The notes under the pieces: generated by a model
Seen by the model: the letters and a program-made list of their open reading frames with translations, nothing else
The model's database searches: none
Told to the model about the DNA's origin: nothing
Part shown: positions 47,766 through 57,441 of the stretch, piece after piece
Layout of the letters: each line of letters opens with the position of its first letter
Position numbering within the stretch: the first letter of the stretch is position 1
Source of the DNA: Hungatella sp.
GTDB lineage: Bacteria; Bacillota; Clostridia; Lachnospirales; Lachnospiraceae
Reading direction: 5' to 3'
DNA length: 64,000 nucleotides
NCBI GenBank assembly: GCA_022798105.1
Contig: JAAWLV010000001.1
Span: 409 to 64,408 of the forward strand
Translations under genes and position numbers: made by a program

Positions 47766-48640
47766 GGATCAACTGTGTCATTGTAAATTATAATGACGCG
47801 GACTCGGTCTTGGGACTGGTGGACCGGATCCGTGATTATAAGATCCTGTCGGAAATTGTGGTGGTGGACAACGCGTCCACAGATGGTTCCTGGGAAAGGC
47901 TGAAGGCCGCCGAACATGGGAAAGTCACGGTGATCCGGTCAGAAAAGAACGGCGGCTACGGTTACGGAAACAATTTGGGTGTGAGGTACGGGGCCGCTGT
48001 CAACCAGGCGACCCATGCAGTCATAGCCAACCCGGATGTGGAATTTACGGAGCAGGCCGTCCTTGCCTTAAGCCGGATTTTTAAGGGCCATCCCGATGTG
48101 GCGGTGGCGGCGCCGGTCATGGAGGATATGCAGTACGGGGGGCTGGGCAGGGGCTGGCGGCTTCACGGTTTTGCCGGGGAACTTCTTGCCATGGGGCCTG
48201 TAAGCCGGAGGCTCTTCGGAAGATGGCTGAATTATCCGGAGGCGTATTACAGAGGGAAAAAGGCTGTTTACACCGACGCGGTTCACGGTTCCATGCTGAT
48301 GGTGGATGTAAAAGCATTTCAGGAGTGCGGCGGATATGACGAACGGATCTTTTTGTATCAGGAGGAATCGGTGCTGGCCTGGCGGATGCGGACAGAGGGG
48401 TATCGGACGGTGGTTTTGCTTACGGAAACTTATATTCACCGCCATGGCGCTTCGATTGTGAAATCCTGCGTAAGTCAGAAGGAGCGTCAAAAGCTGCGGC
48501 ATGAAAGCGTCATGTATTATATGAAACATTATCTGTATATCAACAGATTTCAGGAATGGACAGCCAGGCTGTGGTTTCGGGGGATTTTGGCTGAGATTTG
48601 GGCGGCCGGAAGGATTACGGCAGGATTACAAAAAACATAA
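47762..48640 (+). CDS. GT2 glycosyltransferase
   Basis: VIVNYN, VDNASTD, GYGYGNN, NPDV and FLYQEE. Confidence 0.88.
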   Translation: MRINCVIVNYNDADSVLGLVDRIRDYKILSEIVVVDNASTDGSWERLKAAEHGKVTVIRSEKNGGYGYGNNLGVRYGAAVNQATHAVIANPDVEFTEQAVLALSRIFKGHPDVAVAAPVMEDMQYGGLGRGWRLHGFAGELLAMGPVSRRLFGRWLNYPEAYYRGKKAVYTDAVHGSMLMVDVKAFQECGGYDERIFLYQEESVLAWRMRTEGYRTVVLLTETYIHRHGASIVKSCVSQKERQKLRHESVMYYMKHYLYINRFQEWTARLWFRGILAEIWAAGRITAGLQKT

Positions 48641-48666
48641 GATTTCTTACATCCCTCAGCGCTCTC

Positions 48667-48697
48667 TTGACCTTGGAGCAAGTCCAGGGTTTATAAT
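48667..48697 (+). promoter_or_regulatory. MerR-type promoter (19-bp spacer with dyad operator)
   Basis: TTGACC, 19 nt, TATAAT, with ACCTTGGA-GCAAG-TCCAGGGT spanning the spacer. Confidence 0.75.
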
Positions 48698-48726
48698 TCA
48701 GGAAATTATTCAGGGGAGATGCTGTT

Positions 48727-50043
48727 ATGGGATATGGTGTAGGGAAAGAAAAGCCGCGTTTAGTTGGGTGGGCCGGACATTGCCTAAAATATATAGCCGC
48801 CGCTGTCGTAGCGGTGTTTATGGCGGTGCCTGTTTTCGGGGCCGCGCAGAAGGAGTCTGTCAGCACCGTGAAACTGACGGTTAGCTGCGAACCGAAACCG
48901 GAGGCGGGAAAAGAGATCGGCTCTGTTACAGTTACCCAGCCGGATGAGCGTATAGTTGTTGCGGAGCCGGCGGCCTATTATAATACGGATGATGATGTCT
49001 GGATTCGGGGAGAGATTCCGGTTATACGCCTGGAACTGTCATTAAAAGACACTTCCGGATACCGCTTTGTTTCCTCCACAAAGGTGTCGGTTTCCGGTTT
49101 TCAGAGCGAGGTGAAATCCAGAAAAATTCTGGACGGCGGAGACGGCATGAGGGTTGAGATTAAGCTTAAAAAAGTTACGGGGCCAGTTGAAGATGTGGCG
49201 GAATATTACTGGGAGGGGACTTCTGCCTGGTGGTCGGATGTCCGGGACGCAGACCGGTATGAGGTAAGGCTGTACAGAGGAAACTCCCTGGTTACAACCG
49301 TGACCACCGGACAGAACCATTTCGACTTTTATCCGCATATGAACAGAGCCGGCGATTACTGTTTCAAGGTGAGAGGGATCAGCAGCCTGGATAATCAGCG
49401 GGGAAGATGGAGCGATAAATCAGAAGAAAGCGCGGTCAGTGTCAGTGATGTTTATGAAGGGCCGGCAGCCGGAAGCGGAAATGGCGGTTCTTTTTCTAAA
49501 GCAGGGTGGCAGCAGGACGGCAGAGGATGGATATATAGGAAAGAGGATGGGAGTCCGGCTAAAAACACCTGGGTATTTGCAGACAATCATTGGTTCCATC
49601 TGGCAGATAATTGCTATATGGACACAGGATGGATTTATGCGGATAATCACTGGTTTTACCTGAATCCTGTCTCGGACGGAACGAAAGGGGCGATGAAGAC
49701 GGGATGGCAGTTTGTAAATAACAGCTGGTATTATCTGAACCCTGTCTCGGACGGAACGCGGGGGGCAATGAAGACGGGATGGCAGTTTGTAAATAACAGC
49801 TGGTATTATCTGAACCCTGTCTCGGACGGAACGCGGGGGGCGATGAAGACGGGATGGCAGTTTGTAAATAACAGCTGGTATTATCTGAACCCCGTCTCAG
49901 ACGGAACCAGAGGGGCTATGCGAACCCAGTATCAGAACATTAACGGGCTCTGGTATTATCTGGATCCCGAATCCGGATCCCTTTGGGTTAACCGGAAGGC
50001 GCCCAACGGAAACTGGGCGGACGCCGCCGGTGTTCTTCATTGA
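48727..50043 (+). CDS. Secreted surface protein with beta-rich/FN3-like N-terminal domains and C-terminal cell-wall-binding (CW_binding/YG-type) repeats
   Basis: Signal-like segment YIAAAVVAVFMAVPVFGA, YEVRLYR...YCFKVRG and repeated WYYLNP...GAMKTGW. Confidence 0.85.
   Translation: MGYGVGKEKPRLVGWAGHCLKYIAAAVVAVFMAVPVFGAAQKESVSTVKLTVSCEPKPEAGKEIGSVTVTQPDERIVVAEPAAYYNTDDDVWIRGEIPVIRLELSLKDTSGYRFVSSTKVSVSGFQSEVKSRKILDGGDGMRVEIKLKKVTGPVEDVAEYYWEGTSAWWSDVRDADRYEVRLYRGNSLVTTVTTGQNHFDFYPHMNRAGDYCFKVRGISSLDNQRGRWSDKSEESAVSVSDVYEGPAAGSGNGGSFSKAGWQQDGRGWIYRKEDGSPAKNTWVFADNHWFHLADNCYMDTGWIYADNHWFYLNPVSDGTKGAMKTGWQFVNNSWYYLNPVSDGTRGAMKTGWQFVNNSWYYLNPVSDGTRGAMKTGWQFVNNSWYYLNPVSDGTRGAMRTQYQNINGLWYYLDPESGSLWVNRKAPNGNWADAAGVLH
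49651..49920 (+). repeat. 75-bp coding tandem repeat (about 3.6 copies)
   Basis: Units start at 49651, 49726, 49801 and 49876 and encode WYYLNPVSDGTRGAMKTGWQFVNNS. Confidence 0.95.
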
Positions 50044-50119
50044 AGAAAAGCTAATTGAACAAAGTGGATAGATGTAGTATAGTGTAGGTATTATAAAGAT
50101 TTGAGAAAGAAAGGGGAGT

Positions 50120-50788
50120 ATGGAGGATATGCAGGTATCTTTTGGCGGGATAAAAACCAGGCCGGCCCAAAGGGCTGTTTACGGGCAGAGAGAGTCGGCT
50201 TTTGGGACAGATAAGTCCTTTTTAGATCAGTGTATGGCAGCGGCGGGAGGAGGTAAGGCCATATCGCAAAGCCAGTCCGAAAAGCTTAAGGCCTGGATTG
50301 AAAAACACAAAGATAAAGATTTTGGCGCTGTGATGGGCGGAGGCGTCTCAACAGACAAACCGTTGAACTGGGATGCGGACGGAAGTTCGGAACTGACCCG
50401 GGAGCAGATAGATTACCTGAAATCAACCTATGACCTTTCTGACATGAGTAAACAGGAGTATTATAATCTTATGGCAGATCTTACGAACATGAACGCCATT
50501 TCTATTGAGGATGTGGTTTCTCAGTTTGTAAAGCCTGTGGTTCCCGGTGTGGTGATGATGTCTGTAAGCCAAGGGGATACAGAAAGAGGCATGGGGGACT
50601 TTAACAAGTACGGCAATCTGTATGAGAACCTGCTGCAGTATATGAAGGATCTGAATTATATGAGTGAGCGGCTGGCATACAGCCATTCTTCCATGGACAG
50701 CGCTGCGTTTTTCGCATTTAAAGATTATTTGAGTGATGAGAAGGCTATGGCGGGAAGGTTTAAGTCCATTTTTGATCTGCTTGCGTGA
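50120..50788 (+). CDS. Hypothetical protein (stand-alone transcription unit)
   Basis: 222-aa ORF with GGGGAG RBS, upstream TTGAAC-N17-TATAGT and a downstream terminator. Confidence 0.7.
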   Translation: MEDMQVSFGGIKTRPAQRAVYGQRESAFGTDKSFLDQCMAAAGGGKAISQSQSEKLKAWIEKHKDKDFGAVMGGGVSTDKPLNWDADGSSELTREQIDYLKSTYDLSDMSKQEYYNLMADLTNMNAISIEDVVSQFVKPVVPGVVMMSVSQGDTERGMGDFNKYGNLYENLLQYMKDLNYMSERLAYSHSSMDSAAFFAFKDYLSDEKAMAGRFKSIFDLLA

Positions 50789-50835
50789 GAAGTGCCGGCG
50801 TACGGGGGTATGCCAAATTAAGATTAACGGAAGTA

Positions 50836-50879
50836 TAAGGGGCGTCTGCGTGGATGTAAAACACGCGGCCGCCCCTTTT
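50836..50879 (+). terminator. Intrinsic terminator
   Basis: AAGGGGCG..GCGTG...CACGC..CGCCCCTTTT. Confidence 0.7.
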
Positions 50880-50957
50880 GCCGCTTTATAGGTTTACATT
50901 TATCTCCTGATATTGTAGAATGGAAGATATTGCAAATCGGCGGGAAAGGGGGAATAC

Positions 50958-52073
50958 ATGATGGAAGGACCGGAAAAGCCGGTGTTAGTAACACGGTCGT
51001 CATTGCCGCCTCTTGAAGAATATGTGGAAATGTTAAAGCCGATCTGGGACAGCGCCTGGCTGACCAACATGGGAGCGTATCATGAGGAGTTTAAAAAACG
51101 GCTGAAAGAATATCTGAAAGTACCGGATTTGGAATTGTTTGTCAACGGCCATATGGCCCTGGAGCTGACCCTTCAGGCCATGGAGCTTCAGGGGGAAGTG
51201 ATCACCACGCCGTTTACATTTGCTTCCACCACCCATGCCATTGTGAGGAACGGGCTGACCCCTGTGTTCTGCGATATCAATGAAAATGATTATACCATAG
51301 ATGCGGATTTGATCGAGGGGCTGATCACGGAGAAGACCTGCGCCATTGTGCCGGTCCATGTCTACGGGAATCTGTGTGATGTGGAGCGGATTCAGGAGAT
51401 TGCAGACAGGCATCATTTAAAGGTTATCTACGACGCGGCCCACACCTTTGGAGAAGAACTGGACGGAGAAGGCGTGGGACGGTGGGGGGATGCCTCCATG
51501 TTCAGCTTTCACGCCACAAAAGTATTTCACAGCATCGAGGGCGGTGGGGTGGCCTTTAAAGAGGCGGCCCTGGAACGGCGTCTGTATCAGCTGAAAAATT
51601 TCGGGATTATGGACAGTGAGACCGTGGAGTATGTGGGGGCTAACGGCAAGATGAATGAGTTTCAGGCAGCCATGGGCCTGTGCAATCTGCGCCATGTAGA
51701 CGAAGAGATTGAAAAGAGAAGAAAGCTGGCGATGGGTTACCGGCAGAGGCTGGAAGGGATAAAGGGCATCAGGCTGTGCAGGGAGAATCCCAGGGTGAAA
51801 TACAATTATGCCTACCTGCCGGTGGTGTTTGACGGCTATAAGGCGGGGAGAGATGAAATATTTCAGGCCCTAAAGGAGAAGAATATCCATACAAGGAAGT
51901 ATTTTTACCCCTGTGTGAACAGCTATGAGTGCTACAGGGAACAGTTTCGGGCAGAGGACACTCCGGTGGCGGACAGGATATCAAGGCAGGTGCTGACCCT
52001 TCCGCTGTACGCGGACATGCCGGCGGAGATCGTGGATGCGGTGTGCGATACGATTCGGGAGGCGGGGCAATGA
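50958..52073 (+). CDS. DegT/DnrJ/EryC1/StrS sugar aminotransferase (VioA-like)
   Basis: TPFTFAST, VHVYG, YDAAH and SFHATK (PLP lysine). Confidence 0.9.
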   Translation: MMEGPEKPVLVTRSSLPPLEEYVEMLKPIWDSAWLTNMGAYHEEFKKRLKEYLKVPDLELFVNGHMALELTLQAMELQGEVITTPFTFASTTHAIVRNGLTPVFCDINENDYTIDADLIEGLITEKTCAIVPVHVYGNLCDVERIQEIADRHHLKVIYDAAHTFGEELDGEGVGRWGDASMFSFHATKVFHSIEGGGVAFKEAALERRLYQLKNFGIMDSETVEYVGANGKMNEFQAAMGLCNLRHVDEEIEKRRKLAMGYRQRLEGIKGIRLCRENPRVKYNYAYLPVVFDGYKAGRDEIFQALKEKNIHTRKYFYPCVNSYECYREQFRAEDTPVADRISRQVLTLPLYADMPAEIVDAVCDTIREAGQ

Positions 52074-52173
52074 CCTGCCTGACGGATGAAGCGGGACAGC
52101 AGAGTACCGGCTGGTCGGGACCTGGGGACCGGATGTACGGATAGAGATATGAGTCGTGTTAGTATTGTAGAAA

Positions 52174-52887
52174 GTGAGAACTGCACAGGTGGATTTGACA
52201 GATAAGGTGCTGGTGGTGATTCCGGCTTATAATGAAGAGGCCAATATTGAGACTGTGGTGGAGGATCTGGTGAAGAAGTGCCCGGAACTTGATTACATTG
52301 TGGTCAACGACGGTTCCAGGGACAAAACGGCAGAGATCTGCAGGGAAAAGGGATACAATCTGCTGGATCTGCCGGTAAATCTGGGGCTTGCAGGATGCTT
52401 TCAGGCAGGGATGAAATATGCCTGGAACAAAGGGTACGGCTACGCGATCCAGTTTGACGGCGACGGACAGCACCGTCCGGAGTTCATCGGGGCCATGAAG
52501 GAAAAGATGGATGAGGGGTACGAAATTGTTATTGGCAGCCGGTTTATTCATGGCAAGAAGGACTATTCCATGCGGATGATCGGGAGCAGGCTTATTGGAG
52601 CGGCGATTTTTCTCACCACCGGAGTGAAGGTGACAGACCCTACATCCGGTATGCGGATGTTTAACCGGAAGATGATCGGGGAATTTGCCCTGAATCTCAA
52701 CTACGGTCCGGAGCCGGATACGGTTTCCTATCTGTTGAAGCAGGGAGCAGGTGTCGGAGAGATACCTGTTGAGATTATGGAAAGGGCCGGCGGGGAGAGT
52801 TATTTAAAGCCTGTGGTGGCTGTGAAATATATGGTCAGGATATTGCTCTCTATTTTGTTGATACAGAATTTCAGGAAACGGAGCTGA
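52174..52887 (+). CDS. DPM1-like GT2, probable polyprenyl-phosphate glycosyltransferase (GacI-like)
   Basis: IPAYNEE, NDGSRD, FDGDGQH, IGSRF and DPTSG. Short, with no TM tail. Confidence 0.85.
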   Translation: MRTAQVDLTDKVLVVIPAYNEEANIETVVEDLVKKCPELDYIVVNDGSRDKTAEICREKGYNLLDLPVNLGLAGCFQAGMKYAWNKGYGYAIQFDGDGQHRPEFIGAMKEKMDEGYEIVIGSRFIHGKKDYSMRMIGSRLIGAAIFLTTGVKVTDPTSGMRMFNRKMIGEFALNLNYGPEPDTVSYLLKQGAGVGEIPVEIMERAGGESYLKPVVAVKYMVRILLSILLIQNFRKRS

Positions 52888-52981
52888 CGGCGCCGGTGGG
52901 ACTGTCCGGGCAGATTAGGAAGGGGAACTGGCAGGACATCAGCAGATACCGGAAAAGACGGGACTCAGGCAGGAAAGACAG

Positions 52982-54289
52982 ATGGTAACTATGGCAGAGC
53001 GGTGGGCGGCCCTCCTTATGAGGACGGGATCAAACAAGGAAAAACAAAACATTCTCTGGAATATGGCAGGAAGCTTCTGTTACGCCTTTGCCAGTATGGT
53101 GCTGTCATTTCTGGTGATGGGCCTGGCGGGGGAGGATGACGGAGGGATTTTTGCGTTCGGTTACAGCACCTTTGGGCAGCAGATGTTTATTCTGGCCTAT
53201 TTTGGCATACGGCCTTTCCAGATTACGGACGGAGAGCAGGAGTACCGGTTCGGGGATTATCTTCGCCACAGGTACATGACCTGCGCCGCGGCTTTGGCGG
53301 CGGGGGCAGGGTATCTGCTGGTGTCCGGGTACACGGCCAGGAAGGCGGCGGTGATTTTTCTGCTGGTGTGCTATAAGGTGGCGGACGGGTTTGCGGATGT
53401 GTATGAGTCGGAATTCCAGAGAAACGGAAACCTTCATCTCACGGGCAAATCCAATACCTTTCGGACGATCCTCTCTGTGGGGACGTTTCTTGGGGCGCTT
53501 TTGGGGAGCGGAAACCTCCTTTCGGCCTGTAAAGCGGCGGTGGGAGCCCAGATTGTGGGAATCATCCTGTTTGACGTGATTGTTTTAAGGCGTCTGGAAG
53601 GCGTTGACTACGGCTGGGATAAGAGCAGGATGGGGGCGCTGACCGGCGGGACGTTTTTGCTGTTTGTGTCTGTATTTTTGGATTTCTATATATTTTCCGC
53701 GGCAAAATACAGCATTGACGCCTACATGAATGACGCGGCGTCAGGATATTTTAATATTATCTTTATGCCCACATCCGTTATCAACCTGGCAGCAGGATTT
53801 GTGATTCGTCCTGTGCTGACGGGATTGACGGACATGTGGAACGGGAAGCGGTTTGATGAGTTTGCGGGGAAGCTTTTGGGGATTTCCAGGATTATCGGGG
53901 CTTTGAGTGTGCTGGCTTTAGTGCTGGCAGCCGGACTTGGACGGCCTGTTTTGTGGGTTCTGGAGCAGATTTTGGGCGGCATGTATGAGGGAAAGCTGAC
54001 AGGCAATCATGTGCCGTTTATCCTGATCGTAATGGGGGGAGCGTGTTACGCGTTTTTAAACCTTCATTATTATGCCCTGGTGATTATGAGAAGACAGAAG
54101 GCCATATTTGGGATTTATCTGGTTCTGACGGGAGCGGCGGCGGTTCTGGCTCCGATATTTGTAAAACGGGGCGGGATTTTGGGAGCGGCGGCGGTGTATC
54201 TGATTTTGATGGGCCTGATGGCGTTTGGGTTTGGGGCGTGGACCTGGGCGGGAATTTTGAGAAGCAGGCAGGCGGGGCGCGGCGGATGA
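52982..54289 (+). CDS. Wzx/MOP-type flippase-like membrane protein
   Basis: About 12 hydrophobic segments, NILWNMAGS N-terminus, cluster context. Confidence 0.78.
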   Translation: MVTMAERWAALLMRTGSNKEKQNILWNMAGSFCYAFASMVLSFLVMGLAGEDDGGIFAFGYSTFGQQMFILAYFGIRPFQITDGEQEYRFGDYLRHRYMTCAAALAAGAGYLLVSGYTARKAAVIFLLVCYKVADGFADVYESEFQRNGNLHLTGKSNTFRTILSVGTFLGALLGSGNLLSACKAAVGAQIVGIILFDVIVLRRLEGVDYGWDKSRMGALTGGTFLLFVSVFLDFYIFSAAKYSIDAYMNDAASGYFNIIFMPTSVINLAAGFVIRPVLTGLTDMWNGKRFDEFAGKLLGISRIIGALSVLALVLAAGLGRPVLWVLEQILGGMYEGKLTGNHVPFILIVMGGACYAFLNLHYYALVIMRRQKAIFGIYLVLTGAAAVLAPIFVKRGGILGAAAVYLILMGLMAFGFGAWTWAGILRSRQAGRGG

Positions 54290-54323
54290 GACAAAATCTG
54301 AAGAACAGGAGCGATGGAAGCCT

Positions 54324-55265
54324 ATGAAATGGGAGAATAAGCCGAAGGTGGATGTACTGATACCGGTGTACAGGCCGGATGGGCGGTTTGGCCGGCTTTT
54401 GCAGATGCTTGGCCGGCAGACGTATAAGGTGAACCAGATCATTGTGATAAATACGGAAAAACAGTACTGGGATGAGGGCAGGTACAAGGCTGTGCCGGGG
54501 CTGGAGGTTCATCATATATCAAAATATGAGTTTGACCACGGGGCCGCCAGAAACCTGGCGGCAGGATATTCCGGGGCAGATGTGATGATCTTTATGACGG
54601 ACGATGCGGTTCCCGGAGACAGATATCTGGTGGAGCGGCTGGTGGAGGCCCTGGAAAAAGAGGGGCCTGAGGGAGAGACCATTGCCATGGCCTACGCAAG
54701 GCAGGTTCCGGATAAAGGATGCCGCGCCATTGAGCGGTATACAAGAGCCTTCAATTACCCGCGGGAAGATAAAATAAAGACTTTGGCGGATTTGCCCGGG
54801 ATGGGGATTAAAACGTATTTTGCATCCAATGTGTGCTGCGCTTACCGCAAAGATATTTTTGAGAAGATCGGCGGGTTTGGGGACCGGGCGATTTTTAATG
54901 AGGATATGGTTTACGCGGCGGGAGCGGTTAAGGCCGGGTACGCCATTGCTTACGCGGCAAAAGCCAGAGTGATACATTCCCACAATCTGACCTTTAAAGG
55001 ACAGTTTCAGAGAAATTTTGATCTGGCAGTCTCCCAGGCACAGCATCCGGAGGTGTTTGCGGGATTGCCGTCGGAGGGTGAAGGAATCCGGCTGGTGAAG
55101 GATACGGCCCGATGGCTTTTTCGAACCGGACGGTTCTGGCTGATTCCGGTGCTGGTTGTGAGCAGCGGATGTAAGTATATGGGATACCGGATGGGAAAAC
55201 AGTACAGCAAACTTCCAAGGTCTGTGATTCTGCGGTGCACCGCGAACAGGGAATACTGGGGATAA
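54324..55265 (+). CDS. GT2 rhamnosyltransferase-like
   Basis: FDHGAARN, MTDDAVP, AYARQ, FNEDM and VIHSHN. Confidence 0.85.
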   Translation: MKWENKPKVDVLIPVYRPDGRFGRLLQMLGRQTYKVNQIIVINTEKQYWDEGRYKAVPGLEVHHISKYEFDHGAARNLAAGYSGADVMIFMTDDAVPGDRYLVERLVEALEKEGPEGETIAMAYARQVPDKGCRAIERYTRAFNYPREDKIKTLADLPGMGIKTYFASNVCCAYRKDIFEKIGGFGDRAIFNEDMVYAAGAVKAGYAIAYAAKARVIHSHNLTFKGQFQRNFDLAVSQAQHPEVFAGLPSEGEGIRLVKDTARWLFRTGRFWLIPVLVVSSGCKYMGYRMGKQYSKLPRSVILRCTANREYWG

Positions 55266-55355
55266 AGGCTGTATGGGCTGTGTGCCGTCGGCACAGGATA
55301 TATCCAGGTACAAAGAGACCTTGGGAGTACATGAAAAGAAAGAGAGGAACCGGAC

Positions 55356-55706
55356 ATGATGACAATAACCCTGCGGATTGCACTGATCCTGGTGTCGGTG
55401 GGAACATTTTTCCTGATGATGCGCAAGGTAAGGCAGTCCAAGGTACAGATAGAGAGCGCCATATTCTGGATCGTGCTGGCTTTGGTGCTGGTGGTGTACA
55501 GTATTGTTCCGTCAGCGGCGGATTTTTGCGCCAGGGTCCTGGGAATTTACTCCACAGCTAATTTTTTGTTTTTGGTGGCAATCTTTCTTTTGATTGTAAA
55601 GGTGTTTGATATGACTGTTCAGATCTCACAGCTGGAGACCAGGATCAAAGAGCTGGTGCAGCAGATGGCTCTTGAGGAGAAAAAGCGCGAGGAAGAAAAG
55701 TCATGA
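55356..55706 (+). CDS. DUF2304 small membrane protein (GacJ-like)
   Basis: Three TM helices, LGIYSTANFLF and the coiled tail ISQLETRIKELVQQMAL. Confidence 0.85.
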   Translation: MMTITLRIALILVSVGTFFLMMRKVRQSKVQIESAIFWIVLALVLVVYSIVPSAADFCARVLGIYSTANFLFLVAIFLLIVKVFDMTVQISQLETRIKELVQQMALEEKKREEEKS

Positions 55707-57391
55707 GTAAGAAAAACAGGATCAGGCTGTGGGGAATTGCGGCCGCCGCGGCTTTTGGGCTGTGGCATCTTCTGGATGTGAGGGCCGGTGCGGCAGAGAG
55801 CGGTAACGGGTGGCTGACAGGGTGGTATCTGGGACTTTTTGCGGTTGTCGTCGTTTTTTTAGCGGTAACCGGCCGGATGTTTTGGACGGACAGGACTATT
55901 TCAGGTTCTTCCGGCCAGATGTCCGCCAAAAGCCTGGAGAGTATATACCTTGCGGCCGGGACAACTCTTGGAATCCTGTACCTTCTGGTTCTTGCTCCCC
56001 TCTCGGCCCCGGACGAGATCAGCCATTATATGGGGGCTTATCAGCTATCCAGCCGCCTTCTGGGACAGCCCTCCAATGCAGTCACAGGCCATGTGCTGAT
56101 TCGCCCCCAGGATATCTGGCTGGAGGATGTGGAGGACTGCTGGGAGTATGAGGAGAGCGAGGACGGCTATGTGCAGCCTGCGGCGGACACCACGGCGGAT
56201 TCCGGTTTTCTTGGCGAGACTCTTACGGAGAAGACCTATGAGGTCATAAGGGCTCAGGGGATCTTCGGAGACAGGTATCCTCTGGCGGCCGATAACCGGG
56301 AGGAGATGAAGCAGTCGCTGATTCTGTCCCCATATCCTCCTGTGGTTACCACGCCTGTGGCTTATATCCCTCAGGCGCTGGGAATTTCTCTGGCAAGAGT
56401 TTTTCATATGAATGCCATTATGGTCGTTTATCTGGGGCGTCTGTTCAACCTTCTGTTTTTTGTAGGCATGACCTTTCTTGCCATGAAACGTCTGCCTTTT
56501 GGGAAAGAGGTACTTTTCGGCGTGGCCCTGCTTCCCATGACTCTGCATCTGTCCGCGTCCTTTTCCTATGATGTGATGATTCTGGGCTCCATGTTTTATT
56601 TGACGGCCGTGTGCCTGGATTTGGCTTACGAGAAGGAACGGGTGCAGATAAAGGATGTGGCGGTAATCGGGCTTCTTATGGCAGCGGCGGGGCCGTGCAA
56701 GCTGATCTACGGAGTTTTGATGGGATTGTGTCTTCTGATCCCCGTGAGAAAGTTTGGAGGGTGGAAGCCGTGGACGGCGGCTGCAGCGGCTGTTTTTGCC
56801 GCGTGGGGGCTTTCCATGCTGCTTATAAACGGGCAGACCATCGCCTCCTACGCCACGGAGACAGAGAGCGTGGTGCCATGGGCCGAAGAGGCGGGCTACA
56901 GCCTGACGCTTTTGCTTCACCGGCCGCTGCAGGCGGTGCGGATGTTTTACCAGACGTTTCTGTGGCAGGCAGAATATTATCATATGACTATGATCGGCGC
57001 TTATCTGGGCAATTTGGACACGGTGCTGGATGTGCCGTACCTTGTGGTGCTGCTGTTTACAGCCGGCCTCCTTTGCCTGGCCGCGAAGAAGCCGGGGGAA
57101 AGGCAGAGGATGTCTGCGGGAAACAGGATCTGGGTGGCGGTGCTGTGTATGGTGTGTACCCTTGCGGCCATGGCTTCCATGCTCATTGCCTGGACGCCTT
57201 TAAGCTCTCCGGTTATCAGCGGGGTCCAGGGGAGGTACTTCCTTCCGTTTCTGCCTGTGCTTCTGATGGCGTTTAAAAATGATCTCATAGTTTTGACAAA
57301 GAATGGAAACCGTAGTATATTGTATCTGATGTGCTGTGCCAACGGGTATGTGGTGCTGCGGCTGTTTTCTGTGGTGAGTATAAGGCTGTGA
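55703..57391 (+). CDS. DUF2142 GT-C fold membrane glycosyltransferase (GacL-like)
   Basis: APDEISH, YIPQALG, SFSYD and GVQGRYFLP, with many TM helices. Confidence 0.85.
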   Translation: MSKKNRIRLWGIAAAAAFGLWHLLDVRAGAAESGNGWLTGWYLGLFAVVVVFLAVTGRMFWTDRTISGSSGQMSAKSLESIYLAAGTTLGILYLLVLAPLSAPDEISHYMGAYQLSSRLLGQPSNAVTGHVLIRPQDIWLEDVEDCWEYEESEDGYVQPAADTTADSGFLGETLTEKTYEVIRAQGIFGDRYPLAADNREEMKQSLILSPYPPVVTTPVAYIPQALGISLARVFHMNAIMVVYLGRLFNLLFFVGMTFLAMKRLPFGKEVLFGVALLPMTLHLSASFSYDVMILGSMFYLTAVCLDLAYEKERVQIKDVAVIGLLMAAAGPCKLIYGVLMGLCLLIPVRKFGGWKPWTAAAAAVFAAWGLSMLLINGQTIASYATETESVVPWAEEAGYSLTLLLHRPLQAVRMFYQTFLWQAEYYHMTMIGAYLGNLDTVLDVPYLVVLLFTAGLLCLAAKKPGERQRMSAGNRIWVAVLCMVCTLAAMASMLIAWTPLSSPVISGVQGRYFLPFLPVLLMAFKNDLIVLTKNGNRSILYLMCCANGYVVLRLFSVVSIRL

Positions 57392-57441
57392 AGTTTCGGG
57401 CTGCTTAAAAATCTGAAAGAAGAAAAAGAGGAGAATTTACA

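Noticed and set aside
49651-49920. Tandem repeats as a possible CRISPR array or DGR template/variable pair
   Set aside because: The units are contiguous in-frame 75-bp coding repeats with no unique spacers, and no cas or reverse transcriptase gene is present.
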